NCBI GenBank assembly: GCA_030704615.1 | Contig: CM060734.1 | Coordinates: 13,578,001-13,642,000, forward strand | DNA: 64,000 bases | Direction: 5' to 3' | Source of the DNA: Takakia lepidozioides | Taxonomy: Eukaryota > Plantae > Bryophyta | In this document: piece after piece, positions 1 to 22,044 of the stretch | Layout: each line of letters begins with the position of its first letter | Position numbering within the stretch: position 1 is the first letter of the stretch | Notes under the pieces: generated by a model | What the model was told of the DNA's origin: nothing | What the model saw: only the letters and a program-made list of their open reading frames with translations | The model's database searches: none | Program-made: the position numbers and the translations under genes

Positions 1-273
1 GAAGAAAGGGAGTGGTATACGTGGTTTTAATGAGTGTAAAGCATGTAACTACTCAAACGCATGGTGGAGTGGAGTGTGGGTTCTTTTAGCACAAATCACA
101 CAGCCCTGCCAAATTTTCATTGATGACCCTAGCTCGACTTGGTCCTTAATCCACTCAAACCAGAGCATTTGCAAGTGCTGGTCTAAGATTGAGAGTCTTT
201 GTCACTTCTTTGTACACTTCTGGTTGTTTCTTTGCATACATTCATATTGGCTATGTTCCACTTCCTTGGTTGA

Positions 274-8870
<8,597 letters not shown>

Positions 8871-10022
8871 GGTATCTGAACGTATGGTAGACTGATATGT
8901 TTAAAGGTTAGCTGCAGACTTGATAGCGGAGACCTGCCAAACCGGAGCAAGTTGTTGTAGGGAGTAGACTGAGGTCTGGTTGAGTTTAGACATCACTTAT
9001 TTTATGGGAGAGCTTTCTTATCTAGGGATGTTGTTGAAAGCCTACTAAGTGGCACAGTCTATTTTGTCACATATTCATATGCTGCGGATACATAACGTCT
9101 ATTGGTTTCCTCAAACTAGGACAAGATGATCTGACTGTCAACAAAGTCACATGTCATGCATATATAACAAGTCTATTACTTTGAATATGTCAATATTATC
9201 ACAAACTAGGATGAGGGTGTTGCCAAAATAGCCATGTTGGATGTGGCCAAATGATAATTTGCCGTGTGTTTGGGGAATTTAAACATAGGGGTTGTTGTGT
9301 GCATACATATCGTTGTCCAATCCACACAATGCACGCAGAAGACCCGCATTATGTCCATCACAAATGAAATACAACTTACACATCTCACATAACCTCATAA
9401 CATGAGTCAAGTCAAGTGCACCCCAAGTTCTAGGGATTCCACACACGGCACCGTAGCAAAATGCAGGAGGCTCAACTCGAGAAAGCTAAGCTTGAGCACG
9501 ACTAAGGTGAGGATAACCACGCCCAAGTGCTTAAAAATATCTTGATCCTTGGATTGACATTTGGATGAAGCCCAAGTATCAATATATAAAAATTATTTAT
9601 TTTTTTAGCTAGTTTTACACTAATATTAAACTAGCTAGCTTTACAATTTAACTAGTATAAAAATCACTTGACAGCTATCGTGCGCATATATATCGCCACA
9701 CAACTACATCGCTGTCCAATCCACACAACACATACAAAAGACACACATAATGTCCATCACAATCGTCTCCTTGCTGGTGGTTAGATCCCTCTAACTCCTA
9801 GTAGCTACAAGATATAATAATAGCCACAGCCTCGCTAGGTTAGCTACCACTGTCCCTTTTATACTCAAACTCGATAGATCAAAGGTCGGGTACAATAATA
9901 GCCCTGGATCGTTACTCGTCATCTTGCAATATATGAACTTGAGCCAGGGATCTTGTGTATTGGTCGTATAGTAGCTTAGTCTTGTGTTTCTTGTTAGCAT
10001 TAAATGATTACATCCATTACCA

Positions 10023-10560
10023 CTATTGAATGCAGCATGGACACAACCAATCCTCATCAGGAGCCATCTCAAGAGGTGGCGTCAAACATCCCATGTGCCA
10101 ATCTTTTGAGCATCGATCACACACCAACATGGTGGTTGCCCCTTTGGCAAACCCACACAACATGCACCTCAAACCCGCAAGTACCACTGCCAAGTTTGGA
10201 TCAATCCTGCCATCGACATTGGGAAGGTGATATAGCGCGCAATTGCGCACATGGTCCTCTTAAGTCATGCCCTCCCGACCCTCCAAGATCAGGACTCTTG
10301 CGGGCAACAGTACCTCTCGAGCCCTCAAAATAATGCGTCATGCAGTCATATTTAGGATCGTAAGAGCAGTCTGCTGCAGATAAACATATTCACCAAAGTA
10401 AAACCTCCGAACCCCATGACGATAGCCCACACCACGTATATTGACATACCTCAACGTATCGTGGTGTTGTGGAATGACAAGGTTTTCGAAAGCCATGTGC
10501 ATGACTTTCTTGAACAACTCCGCGCGCAACGTGCATTTGGTCCATTGCTTTGCAATTTTG
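10023..10560 (-). mobile_element. Degenerate Ty3/gypsy integrase C-terminus with PHD finger
   Basis: Integrase-tail-like RAELFKKVMHMAFENLVIPQHHDTLRY...F.GEYVYL is followed by a C4HC3 PHD finger (CMLC...CDRCSKDWHMGC...WLCPCC). Confidence 0.75.
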
Positions 10561-10899
10561 AATAGGGAGGGCCAATTTAGATAACATTCTAATTATGAAT
10601 TTACAATGCCAAAATATTTTGTCGTTTGGGACCTATGGACTAATATGTGCGCCAAAAACACAATTTTTTTTTTTTTTTGGTTCAAAAGTCAGAGCGCATT
10701 CTCTTTTGTTTTATTTGGGTGCTATCTTTTACTAAAAGGGTGTAGGTTCCCATTATCTCAAATGGCCCCAACAAGTATGGACAAATAGATCTTCAAATCC
10801 ACGTTGAAATGTAGCCCTAGTGGCAGGTATTCTTCTTCATGTAAGCCGATACTTCTTTTGGGATAATAGAGTCATCAACACCGACAACCAGCATGTAGC

Positions 10900-12950
10900 C
10901 CAGTGGTAATGGGCACATACCATGTTGGATGTGGTTGTGGGTTCAAACCACCGTCTGGTGTGTCATAAAGGTGTCCACTTTTCATCTGGAAGCAGTAGCC
11001 CTTGTGGTGAAGAGACACCATAATTTACGCTCCCTTCGGAAGACGCCTTTCGTCAACACCAAAAGTAGTGTCATGAACGTCGTCATCTAGGTAATTGCCT
11101 GTATTATGTGGTAACATATCCACCTTCCTTTGTAACTCAGGTCTCAGACCATTTACAAATCAGGTCTTTTGTAAACTTGCAGGTGGCACATTAGCCAGTT
11201 TCTTGATCATTAATTCCATCTTTTCCAGATACTCCTCAACAGTTTCATGCTTCTTCTGTCTCAACTGTTGTAGGCTACTGTACACTTATTCCGTGATTTT
11301 GCTTGTCTTGAATTTGGTCTGGAATGTTGTTCTAAGAGCATTCCAGGTTGGAAAATGGTTATCAAGAAATCGAGCGTACCACTCAATTGCTTTCTTGATA
11401 AGTGAACAAGGAAATAATCTCAGCTTTGCATCATCATCATTCTCATTATCATCATCATTCTCATTGTTCATTATACACATGTGCTCATATTGATTGACGT
11501 GTACATCAGGATCCTTTTTCCCTGAGTAGATCGGGAAAAGTGGTCTCATATGTGTTGGAGCTCGTGCTGCCATCTGTTGTACTATTACCGGCCCTGTGGC
11601 TGGTGTTGGTCCAAATCCGGTTGTAGGTCCTTGAGAACTTGTAGTAGCCGCAGCTAATGTTGTACTACTTCCCGCACTCCCTGTCCCTCCAGAAGGCGAT
11701 CCAAGCTGTCCGCTTGATCCCCCTGAACCGACACCTTTGTTTGCCAGTGACTCAAGTGTATCACTTGATCCTGCTACAATGGTTTGGGCAGTCCCAGTGG
11801 TAGTATCAACAGTTGTTGTTGGTTCTACTTCCTCATATCATTCATCTTCCAAGTCTTCGACTTAGTTTATTTCTTCCTCACTAATATAACTTAAATGAGT
11901 CGCCGTTGGAGAGTCTGTACTCTCAGCAGGCTCTTCCTCATCCTCCTCCCCCTCGTTGGCTGGTGTATCAGAAACTGGAGTTCTTGCTCTTGGTCTACCG
12001 TGCCAACTCTGATCAAAGATTTTTGTCAAATCCTTGATCCAGGGATGCACCTCCGATCTTTCCTCCTGTGGTTGGCCTTCTTCTTGCACCAACTCCCTTA
12101 ATCTTTCTTGTAAAGAATAAGAAGGTGTGGCATCTGGATCAAGATTTTCAAGCAACGGTGATGTACCCTCTGGTTTTGGTGGAGTAAGAGGTCCAGACGA
12201 TTCTCCTATGTCTATTCCTCTTTCCCAGAGATATGGATAGTTAGCTTTTAAATAGCTTTATCTTTTTGCTGTATATCTCTCTATTCTTGCTCCCCTTTCA
12301 CCACTCATGACCCATGTCTTTCATGTCTTTCATGAGGCAATACCCACAACTCTCTCCTGTAGTACCTCTCGTATATGCCTAGGTTTCTTTCAAGCTTTAA
12401 TGCATCATTGGCTAGACTAAAAGACTCAATTACCATATAACCATATGGAAGGCAGGTCTAAAAGGTTGTTCTTGGTGTAAGCTTGATCCACAAGATATCC
12501 TTGGGAATCCAATTCTTTACCAATTCAAGCTCTTCATGCATATGAATGTAAAAGTTCACTCTTGACTCTTCCCAGCTTTCAAACTCTACTCGTTCAATAG
12601 ATAGCAACGCTATCACATAAACTAGTGTTGGTAACCATCTAGCTCTCCCTTTACAGGCCACTTGATAAATCTTTATCACTCCTTTTCCAGACCCCAACCT
12701 GGATCAGCATCATGCACTCTCTTGATCATATTCTCCTTACAACCGTCTGACAATTCCAAGAACTTCTGAAAGAAATATTTGGACAATCTTTCTTTCTCAG
12801 TTACACAGGGAATTTGATTCACATCAAATTCTTTAATTCTCCATTCTCCATGATCCCACCAGATGCCTGTCATGTCACATATGGTTGTTCTTGAATCAGT
12901 TCCCCAGTATGGTTGCCAAATGTTGAGTGGATTCTCAATCATCCCTTAGC
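10900..12950 (-). mobile_element. Degenerate LTR-retrotransposon gag region
   Basis: 11286-11573 reads FPIYSGKKDPDVHV...KLRLFPCSL...AIEWY...TWNALRTTF, a retrotransposon gag capsid pattern. It is broken by stops and frameshifts; limits are approximate. Confidence 0.7.
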
Positions 12951-12996
12951 TATCCGGGGTGGAAACTCTAAGGTAGAAGAGTTAGAAGACTCTAAG

Positions 12997-13719
12997 TGTC
13001 GCGGCCCTTTGCCTTGAGGGCACGGGTCGGGACACAAGAGGGGCTGCCCCTGTGGTGGGGGCAGTGGCAACAATAGGTATGGGGGCTGAAGCACCCTTGA
13101 GTGCCCAAGGCACTAAAGGAGGCAGAGGCACTCACTAGGTGGAGCCCCGCACACCGGGTTGCGGTGGGGGTAGTTCCACGAGGGGTGGTGGTAGCTTAGT
13201 GGGTCTTAGTGGGGGTGGCATAGGACTCACCATGGGGCGGAGACCTTGTGGTGGGAGTTGTGGGGAGTCTTGGGACTCATCACGGTCCATTGGGGCCGTG
13301 GTGGGCGGGCCAAGACTGACCGGGACTCATCACCGGGAGTCAAGGGTCTTCGTGGTGGTTCGCCATAAAAGGACGGTGTTGTTTGTGAAACCCCCGCGGA
13401 CAGTCACAGAAGTATATATAGGGAGTAGTAACCCCGAGAACGGTGCAAGCCCGTTGGTGACCAAAAACTAGTGAGTAAGCGTGCGAGCCGGAAAGCGACC
13501 AAGGTGTAGGGAGCTATTCCGGACTGCCAACAACCAGAGGGAATTTCCACTAGGCCCAAAGTGAGCGAGGGTCTTGTGGAGGAGCAAAGGGGGACCGTTA
13601 TGTCCCGGTGAGCAGCCGAAGCTCCGAGTTGGCCAGCGGCCAGTTTGGGAGTTAGGCGCGCGCATCAAAGCGAGTAACTATGACTTGAAGGGGAGCTTAC
13701 CGAAGTGAGGTGCGCGACA
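12997..13719 (+). mobile_element. 5' LTR of a Ty3/gypsy element
   Basis: Starts TGTCGCG and ends CGCGACA (inverted termini), contains a TATATATA box near 13414, and is followed directly by a PBS and gag. Confidence 0.85.
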
Positions 13720-13721
13720 CT

Positions 13722-13733
13722 TGGTATCAGAGC
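13722..13733 (+). promoter_or_regulatory. Primer-binding site for tRNA-iMet
   Basis: TGGTATCAGAGC lies immediately after the LTR end. Confidence 0.9.
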
Positions 13734-13774
13734 TTAGAGTTCAGTACACGATCGTCCTTGAGATCGGCCTCACC

Positions 13775-14300
13775 ATGGGATCGGGCAAGACAAAGCAAAA
13801 GCGGAACGGCCCAAAAGACAATGATCCTGGTGAGCCCGGCGGGGGCGACGTGTCACCGAAGCGGCAAATGGAAGAGGCGATTTATGCTTCTGAAAGCGAG
13901 GCCGCTCAAGAACGGGAGGAATTTGGGGAGTCAGAGCCCGAGGACTTTCCAGAGGCTCCGCCAGACCAACAGATGCCTCCCATGCTAGTAGCCTTTTGGG
14001 AAGGGTTGTTGGTGCTGTTTGGCGGGACGTTGAAAGACGTGATGAGGGCGGCAAATGCCACTTCCACTAAGGCGAAGTTTAAGGTAAAGCCTAAGGAACC
14101 CGACACCTTCGAGGGTGTCCAAAATCAGAAGACACTCAACACCTGGCTCTTGGAGCTGGAGCAATACTTCCGAGCGGTCAAGTTGAGTGACGAGGATCAG
14201 GTGGAAGTGGCTCCCACCTATTTGAGGGGCTATGCTCAACAATGGTGGCAGAAGTGCCTTCATGACCAAGGTCCAAACCCATAAACCTTGAGCTGGAGTG
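13775..14300 (+). pseudogene. gag N-terminus, interrupted by DNA transposon A
   Basis: KPKEPDTFEG...WLLELEQYF...YLRGYAQQWW is a gag capsid pattern. There is a stop at 14284 and the sequence is cut at the 14301 TIR. Confidence 0.85.
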
Positions 14301-15367
14301 GGGGGGTGCTATTCCGTGAGCCTGTGAGCCTAGGAAACCGTGAGCCCAGTACAGGCTCACGCCACGTCAGCATGCATACAGGGCCTATTTCCGCGGGTGT
14401 CACCTATTTCCGCGGGTTGATCAGCCATTTCCCGGGAATGCAGAGTGGATATGTTACATCCATTGCTACCATCCAGACGTTATCAACATACCAAGCCCTC
14501 ACACGTTTATGTGGGTATGTCGTGAGGAGGTGCACACTGACATCATCTAAAGCGGATCCCTGCAAAATCTTTTCTTACTCACCACCCTTGCGAACATGCC
14601 AGGTATGTGCGGGAGCATCATGGATGCTCATTAGATTTGAGAATGCCTGAACGCTCTTTGATGAGGTGGACTTCACTGTGATGGATTCACCAACCATTCT
14701 TCTAGCAGGAATGGTTTGGAGACCAACGAGCAAATGATGCGAGAATGCTCTACACGAACCAAAGTCGTTTGTTTGTTTTTGCAATGCACTCAAGTCTGTG
14801 AGGTCCACAAAACACTAAATAGATTGAAGGAACAATCCGGGCAGTCCATGCAACCTCCATCTCCAACAATAGTTTGTTCCCATGAATGTGCATTCCACGC
14901 ACACACTGCAAACAGGACAACAAGGACACACAACCATCCCATTTCAAATTTGGCCCCGAATAAAACCAAAAGAAAACTTCATATCAAGTGTCACAGTCAT
15001 CAGAATCAGTCTCAACCTCCTGTGCTATGTCATCCACAAAGATTCTGGCCCCAACACCACGTCTTCTACCACGGCCGTCGATGGGTGGACTCTGAGTGCC
15101 ATGAACGGACATGCTTGCTGCGAGTGCCTCCGCATAGACAGGTAGCACACAAGACCGAGGAGGACTGGAAAGAAGTCCAAATAGGTGTGATAGCCCTGGA
15201 GGGTAAGTGGAAGCACGCGGACTCCTGCACATGTCGACAAAAACCCATTTTGAACACAATGATGCAATGCACAAGTCCAACGAAGAGGATGTCTCCCATG
15301 TGAACTTTGCCTCAAGAACAGTGATTCTCGATATTGAGACAACAATGCAAGCATCCACAGGTTGAAC

Positions 15368-16432
15368 TTACTCACAGGCAAAGTCGGAGTCCAGCTCCTT
15401 GTCGGAAGTCTCCTCTGTATCAATATCAGCGGGACGGGGCTTCGGAAGGACTTGAGAAGTGTGTCCACCCAAACCCATCAAGAGGTTCTTGTAAATCTCA
15501 GCATCCCCTTCAATCCCAAAGAGATGTCGCGCACTGGCCTTGCAAGCGTGGTGCGAAGCACGTGCAGTGGAATAGAATGAAGGAAGCAGACATTGAAGAC
15601 CCATTTGGAACGGTGGGAAGTGCTGAAAGTGCAAGCTCAATCAAACCTCATGAAATGTGAATGTTGAAGAGACGAACCTGTGCCCATTGACAAATCCAGA
15701 ACTCTGGCGTTTGTGTAGGTGTAGCACTCCACAATCGTTTGAATGAAAGCCGGGCTCCTCTCCCTTGCCCCTCTCCAAGGAACCCCATTCCCCCTTCGCA
15801 AGCACACGTTGCTGTCGACGTAGTTGTGGTGCATGTCATCCGTGGGAGGATCTGTCCTGTCGTCTATGAACTTGCCCCCATGAGTGATGGCGAACTCCGC
15901 AATGCCGGCCGGAGTCGTTGGTGGATGCACTCGGACGAGACAAACAGCTTCAAACAAACGAGTCTGCGAACAGGACATCCACAAGGAACTAAGAAGCTTA
16001 AAAAATCAGGCCCCTACATATGAGTTCGAGCGACCTATACAACTCCATCCGAGAACCACCAAGAAGAGGAAGAAGAAGGCAAATTTACCATCTCTCCCGG
16101 ACGATCCCCTTTCGTAAGGTAATGTTGTTCACACAATTCCATGTCTTCACGACTCTCATGCCCGAGGCTTTCAAATAGCTGGCAAGTGCACGGCGACAGC
16201 GAACGTCGATGGACTGGATGAGCACCAAAACACCTGCATCGGACAGGAAAAAATTGCAAAAGGAGAAAACCCACTGCCAGTAGCGCTCATCAAAAGCATT
16301 CCAACCCGGACAAGCACCCGATGGAGGGACTTCCGGGACTGCCAACCCATCAGGGATGTCCAAGATGATGAGTTCGGCTGCATATGGCTTCTCCTTCCCG
16401 TTCACCCAGGATTTGGTCATTTTAGCCTGCAA
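15368..16432 (-). pseudogene. Amino (N4C/N6A)-DNA methyltransferase-like domain of element A cargo gene, 3 exons
   Basis: Reads ELIILDIPDG (16346-16360)...FLSDAGVLVL | TRLFEAVCLV...PWRGARERSPAFIQTIVECYTYTNARVLDLSMGT | GASHHACKASARHLFGIEGD. This is beta-class order (motif IV, then X-I-II). It has a probable frameshift near 16115 and the last acceptor reads AC instead of AG. Confidence 0.78.
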
Positions 16433-19090
16433 ACAAAATTACAATGGAATACTCAAGAGGATTGAAACGATCCATGCCCACAGCAGAGAAGAAGCAAAAG
16501 AGAACACGCACCGTGCCGAGGAACTCCAAAATCCTCTCCCACACTGGTGATGGCTCGCCCTTGAAATCAAATTTCTTGGACTCCATCATGGCAAGGAACC
16601 CGACGTTGGCCATCTCCAACCTGGTAGGGCGAATGACCCTCGTGGGATGTTCCACTGCATGGTACGGGTCCTTGGGATCAACCACCCCCTTGTTCTTTCT
16701 CACGGATCCCCTACCATGCGGTGGAGTCTGTTGGACATGCACGACTGGGCCAATATCTGCAACACTTCCCTGCCCTTGTGCCACCTTCCCTACCCCTTCC
16801 TTTCCCCACAACATCAGCAACATCTTTTCCCTTTGCCTTTCTTCCTCTACCCGGGGTATCCTGAGCGGGAGGCTCTTTCTCTGCAAGAGTCCTCAAATTT
16901 CGTTCATGAATGTCGAGGTCGGCTGCTGCGGCAGTGGCTGCAATACGCTCATTCTCTCTCCTCAAAGACACCTCCGGAGCTGGGGTCTCAGAAGGAGGGC
17001 AATCCAAATACCAACCACAAGAAGAAAGATGGTCTGGGCCCCAGTCATGCAAGATCCCAGTAGTAAACATGGTCTGGTTGCCAGCAGGGACAAGCCAAAG
17101 GTCCACGAAATCTAGATGTTTGTCTAAGCAATTCTCTTCCATGAGAACAAACTTTATGTACCTGCAGGAACAGAGACAGCCTCATTATGCAATACAATTA
17201 TTGTCTCTCAGCTTTTCCATCACACCAGGAAGACCCCCTTAAACAGTATGCGGCACAGTACATTGCAACCACAGCACACTAAGTAGCCTGAACGGCCCAG
17301 GGTGTGCACCTGTAAAGGCATCGTTTCCAGGCTTCCTCTCCTTTTTCTTGCTGGTCAAGGTCATTTGTTCGACTGATGCCACCCTCCTTGCTGAACTCTC
17401 TAAAGAAACAAGAGTGCCACACTGTGGCTCTCCATTTCCTCGTGTATGCTTCGAAGGAGACCTTTGGTGCTGTCATAGTGATGCCATAGTCAGCCAGCTG
17501 AGTATGCATAACCGACCGGACCCTTTCTTCCAACTGCAAAACAACTCAAATGCAAGAATGAACCCAAAAACAATCACAGCGAATGTAAGAGGCAATGGAA
17601 AGAAAAGCACAGGAAAAGATAAAAGAAAGTGACACAGGAAAGGACATCACACCTGGCTCCAGTAAGTGGCCTTGTGAAGCCATGTGTCCAGCACATTGTC
17701 ACTGATAGGAATGACACGCTGGGTCTTCTTCTCTTTCTCCAGCCTGGGGAACATGTGGGTATCCCTAACTGTGGGATCGGAGTTCCATATTTGTAGCCAC
17801 TTCACCTTCTGTTCTGAAGACACAACGGCGGTAGACAACCTGTGCAACTTCTCTTGGGCCATCTCTGGCTTGCCTGGCTTGTTATAATGGTTTTTTTTAT
17901 CTCCAGGAGAAACTGCGATCCGAATGATGGGTCGGCAATTCTCAACTGCTTCACAAAAGCACTCATTATAGTCCTTCTTGTAGCGGTCATCTCTTTCTGG
18001 ATGTGACTCTCAACCCCCTTTGTTGTCCTTCTCTCCTCAGGGGTTGAGCTGTAGTATTCCAGTTTGCCACGCTCCCCTGCATCTGCAATGTCTTGCTCCA
18101 AGGGAATGCACGAGAGTTGCATCAACCCAAGGTCAAGGGAAACAAACAGAAACAAACATATGGAACCAGGAATATGGAAAGGCCAGATGAAGGAAGATGT
18201 ATCTCACCGTATACATGTACTCCATGAAAGCCTCACGGGTCAACGAGTACCACGTTTCCGATGTCTTGGAGCTTTCACACTTCTTGTACGTCTCTACTGA
18301 AAGGATGGTCTCGAAGTTGGTCAAGGGCATCTGCCCGATCCTTTGTATCCTATACAGTGTGTGAACCTGACTCGTTTTGACATGCGATGTCTCCGTCCCT
18401 CTGCAGAATGATATCTGAAAGTCAGAATGAAATTCAAGGACTTGAATCAAAGAACCACGAAACCACAAGTGGAACATGTAGAATGAGAAACCAACCTGTT
18501 CACATCATTCATTGCCGTCAGAAGACCCATCATGTTCCCGTCACAATCCAGCACCATCGATCGAACAGAGTAATGCCACTCTTCCTCCTGTGAGTGCAGC
18601 CTCCCAATGACAGCCATCCATGCAAGCAACCGGTGGTTGCCATCCCAATCGTGAAACATCTTCCTAGAGAATGCCTGGGTGGAAGGTTTCCTGGAGAGAA
18701 GAAGGTCAAAGGATTCGTTCACCTGTCTCCAAATGGGATCCCAGGAGTCCACGATTGACTCATCCACAAGGAGCTCATTGCCTCTGGAATTCTTTGTAGA
18801 AACGTAAAAGACTGCGGATCCATCCAAATACCCATGAACAAACTCGGCCTCCAACTTAGGATGTCCTTGATGAGGGGTGGACGAACGACGGGCATGGAAA
18901 CCAACCTACACAGGGGAATCTTCAACCTCCCACCCGGGGCAAGCATACTTTGCACCACAAGCTGAAAGTTTACCTTCTGACCCCCCAGCATCTCAGCGGC
19001 TTTGCTTTCATAGAACTCATCGTCAACATCAACAATGATCTCCTTCCCCTGCCCCGAAGGGATCTCCTCCGCCACACTTTGCATCTTCTC
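16433..19090 (-). pseudogene. ParB/Srx-like domain and central region of element A cargo gene
   Basis: Reads LKIPLCRLVSMPVVRP...FYVS...KMFHDWDGNHRLLAW (DGNHR 18630-18644), then exons with IADPSFG and EKLHRLST that are shared with the B and 37.5-39.7 kb copies. There is a frameshift near 18855. Confidence 0.8.
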
Positions 19091-19209
19091 CTGCAGGGTT
19101 GTTCAATCAAATTGATATAAGAGAGAGGCATGAAACGATGGTGTTTGAGCATGGCAGACAGGCCCTGTGTGGCCAAATTTCTCACCACAAAACAAGCATT
19201 GTGGGGGCC

Positions 19210-20614
19210 AAAAACACCGTGCGTTGCCGCACAATGTTTCAGCTTCCAAATTCAAGTGTTTTGAACATGATATTTGGCCCTATTCAAATGAAAAAAACAA
19301 TGACAAGGTGGGCTCAAACAGTGTGCGTTGATGCACACTGTTTGAGCTGCCTCGTAAGTGTGCATTGAACCTCAAAGACATGCCCCATGATGCCGAATTT
19401 CACAAGAAAAAAACAATGACAAGGTGGGCTCAAACAGTGTGCGTTGACGCACACTATTTGAGCTGCCAGGTAAGTGTTCATTGAACCTCAAAGACATGCC
19501 CTTAGTGGCCGATTTTCAGATGAAAAAAACAAAGAAAAGGTGAGCTCAAATAGTGTGCGTTGACGCACACTGTTTGAGCTACCAGGTAAGTGTTCCTTGA
19601 TCCTCACATACGTACCCTGTGTTGCCAAATATCACAGGATAAAAACAATGACAAGGTGGGCTCAAACAGTGTGCGTTGACGCACACTATTTGAGCTACCA
19701 GGTAAGTGATGATTGATCCTCAAATACATACCCTATGTGGCCGATTTTCAGATGACAAAGGCAATGACAAGGTGAGCTCAAACAGTGTGCGTTGACGCAC
19801 ACTATTTGAGCTGCCAGGTAAGTGATGATTGATCCTCAAATACATGCCCTTTGTGGCCTTCTTTCAGATGACAAAATAATGAGAAGGTGACCTCAAACAG
19901 TGTGCGTTGACGCACACTGTTTGAGCTGCCAGGTAAGTGATGATTGATCCTCAAATACATGCCTATGTGGCCGATTTCAGATGACAAAGGCAATGACAAG
20001 GTGAGCTCAAACAGTGTGCGTTGACACAAACTGTTGAGCTGCCAGGTATGTGATGTTGATCCTCAAATACATGCTATTTGTGGCCTTTTTCAGATGAAAA
20101 AATAATGAGAAGTTGGGTTCAAACAGTGTGCGCCAACGCACACTGTTTGAGCTGCTAGGTAAGTGTTCATTGATCCTCAGTTACATGCCCTGTGTGGCCG
20201 ATTTTCAAACGAAAAAACAATGAGAAGGTGGGCTCAAACAGTGTGCGTTGACGCACACTGTTTGAGCTGCCAGGTAAGTGATGATTGATCCTCAGAGACA
20301 AGCCCTGTGTGGCCGATTTTCAAATGAAAAAACAATGACATGGTGAGCTCAAACAGTGTGCGTTGACGCACACTGTTTGAGCTGCCAGGTAAGTGTTTAT
20401 TGATCCTCAAATACATGCCCTTTGTGGCCGAATTTAAGATGAAAAAAACAAAGAAAAGGTGAGCTCAAACAGTGTGCGTTGACGCACACTGTTTGAGCTG
20501 CCGGGTAAGTGTTCATTGATCCTCACAGACATGCCCTGTATTGCCGAATTTTGACAGGAAAAAAACAGTGACAAGGTGGGCTCAAACAGTGTCATTGACG
20601 CACACTGTTTGAGC
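19210..20614. repeat. Element A palindrome satellite, left part (~115-116 bp unit, ~13 copies)
   Basis: Each unit holds the 36-bp near-perfect palindrome GCTCAAACAGTGTGCGTTGACGCACACTGTTTGAGC (e.g. starts at 19312, 19428, 19544, 19660). Confidence 0.95.
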
Positions 20615-21077
20615 GGGGGCTGCTATTTCATGAGCCATGAGCCATGAGCGGCATGAGCCATGAGCAGAGTCGTAAGTGTGGAAAAAAACATGAGCAACAC
20701 TATTTTCCGGAAATGAGTGTCCGCGGGAATAGGGTTTAGGGTGCCACGGTCATAGGGGGAGAAGGACCTCCCGATGAAGGAGGTTCGGCAATGTTATTTA
20801 GAATTATATATTGAAAGGCAATGTTTCGCGAATGGAAGGGTGGTACTGCTCTGTACAATGGGGGCCCATTTCAGCCTACCAGCCACTTGCAAAATCCACC
20901 CACACTCCCAATCCCAAACGAAATGAGCAATGACGCATTCTCGGAACGATGGACACAGAATAGAATAAAAAGAGGGCACAATGAGGTTTTTATTGATCCA
21001 CATGAATTGCATTTGAAGCACGTCTACTGTGCTGATTGTGCAATCAAATCTTTAGCCCTGTGCCTACTGAATACAAG

Positions 21078-21788
21078 TCACGTTGTCAATGGGACTTCGA
21101 CTGCTCTCAGAATTAGCTCATGAGTCATGGGGCTCCTCCAGGTAAAGTCGATTGCAGCCGTTGTACCGCCCCTAGTGATGTTCACCACAATGTCCTGCCC
21201 TTCAATCATACCACCATCGAATATGGAAATCTTCACGTTTTCGTCGTCCACACCAATGCGAATGTCCCCATACAATGGAGAAGAGGAGCGCACTCCTTCA
21301 GGAGAATAGGTCTCTCCGATGGAGTCCACCCACGTCCAGTGGCAACAGTTCCACCGCAACAGCATAGCAGTGCGCCTTCTTCTGCATGGGTGACCGTCGT
21401 AGCTGGGAAAATCGGAATCGAGGATGCGCAGGAGCCACGGACTCCTCAGACCAAGATCGTCACCCCGCTCGAAGGCGTAGTGGCCTAGGATATACTCAAA
21501 AGCCACCAATGTTCCCACAATCGAACCAGTATCTTCTCTGTAATCTGTGTACCAGATAATAATGTCTCCCGATGTGGCCGAATACATTGCATAATCGATG
21601 CCTCCAAATGGGCAGTCGTCCCGGTTCCGGAAGCACGACATCCTTGCAAAGGAGGACCTGAGGACGACTTGGATGCCGATGACAATGACCTTGCGGACAG
21701 CTACGAAGCCCTTAGATTTTGGAAATGATGCGAAGCGGAAGAGCAGTCCGGCCTCCAATAATGGAGCATCTGGGTCCCACGTACCCAC
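21078..21788 (-). CDS. Uncharacterised 236-aa ORF near the left end of element B
   Basis: It is an open 236-codon frame, and its 3' part is conserved in frame in the second copy at 42021-42236. No domain was recognised. Confidence 0.4.
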   Translation of the reverse strand: MGTWDPDAPLLEAGLLFRFASFPKSKGFVAVRKVIVIGIQVVLRSSFARMSCFRNRDDCPFGGIDYAMYSATSGDIIIWYTDYREDTGSIVGTLVAFEYILGHYAFERGDDLGLRSPWLLRILDSDFPSYDGHPCRRRRTAMLLRWNCCHWTWVDSIGETYSPEGVRSSSPLYGDIRIGVDDENVKISIFDGGMIEGQDIVVNITRGGTTAAIDFTWRSPMTHELILRAVEVPLTT

Positions 21789-22044
21789 CGACGGAGGTGG
21801 ATGAACCCATACATCTTTCTCATCAACAAGTTATAGTTTGAGATCTGCCACGAAGTCCATCCCCCCGGATGGAAATTCGGCGCCGCATTTACATCGAAGA
21901 GGGGATGGACTTCGTCGTGTCCAGTGGCTATCGGCCCACCTGGCAGTGACTGCCGATAGTTTGCATGGCAGGGTAGGAAACTGAAACGGCTACATTCATG
22001 CAGTAGCCAATCTTCATCGGTCCAGGATCCTGTAGGGGGGAAAT

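Noticed and set aside
9308-9762. ~55-bp direct repeat (9308-9365 and 9708-9762)
   Set aside because: It is too degenerate to assign as LTRs or element ends.
20730-20741. Telomere-like AGGGTTTAGGG
   Set aside because: It is under two units long and is part of the subterminal motif.
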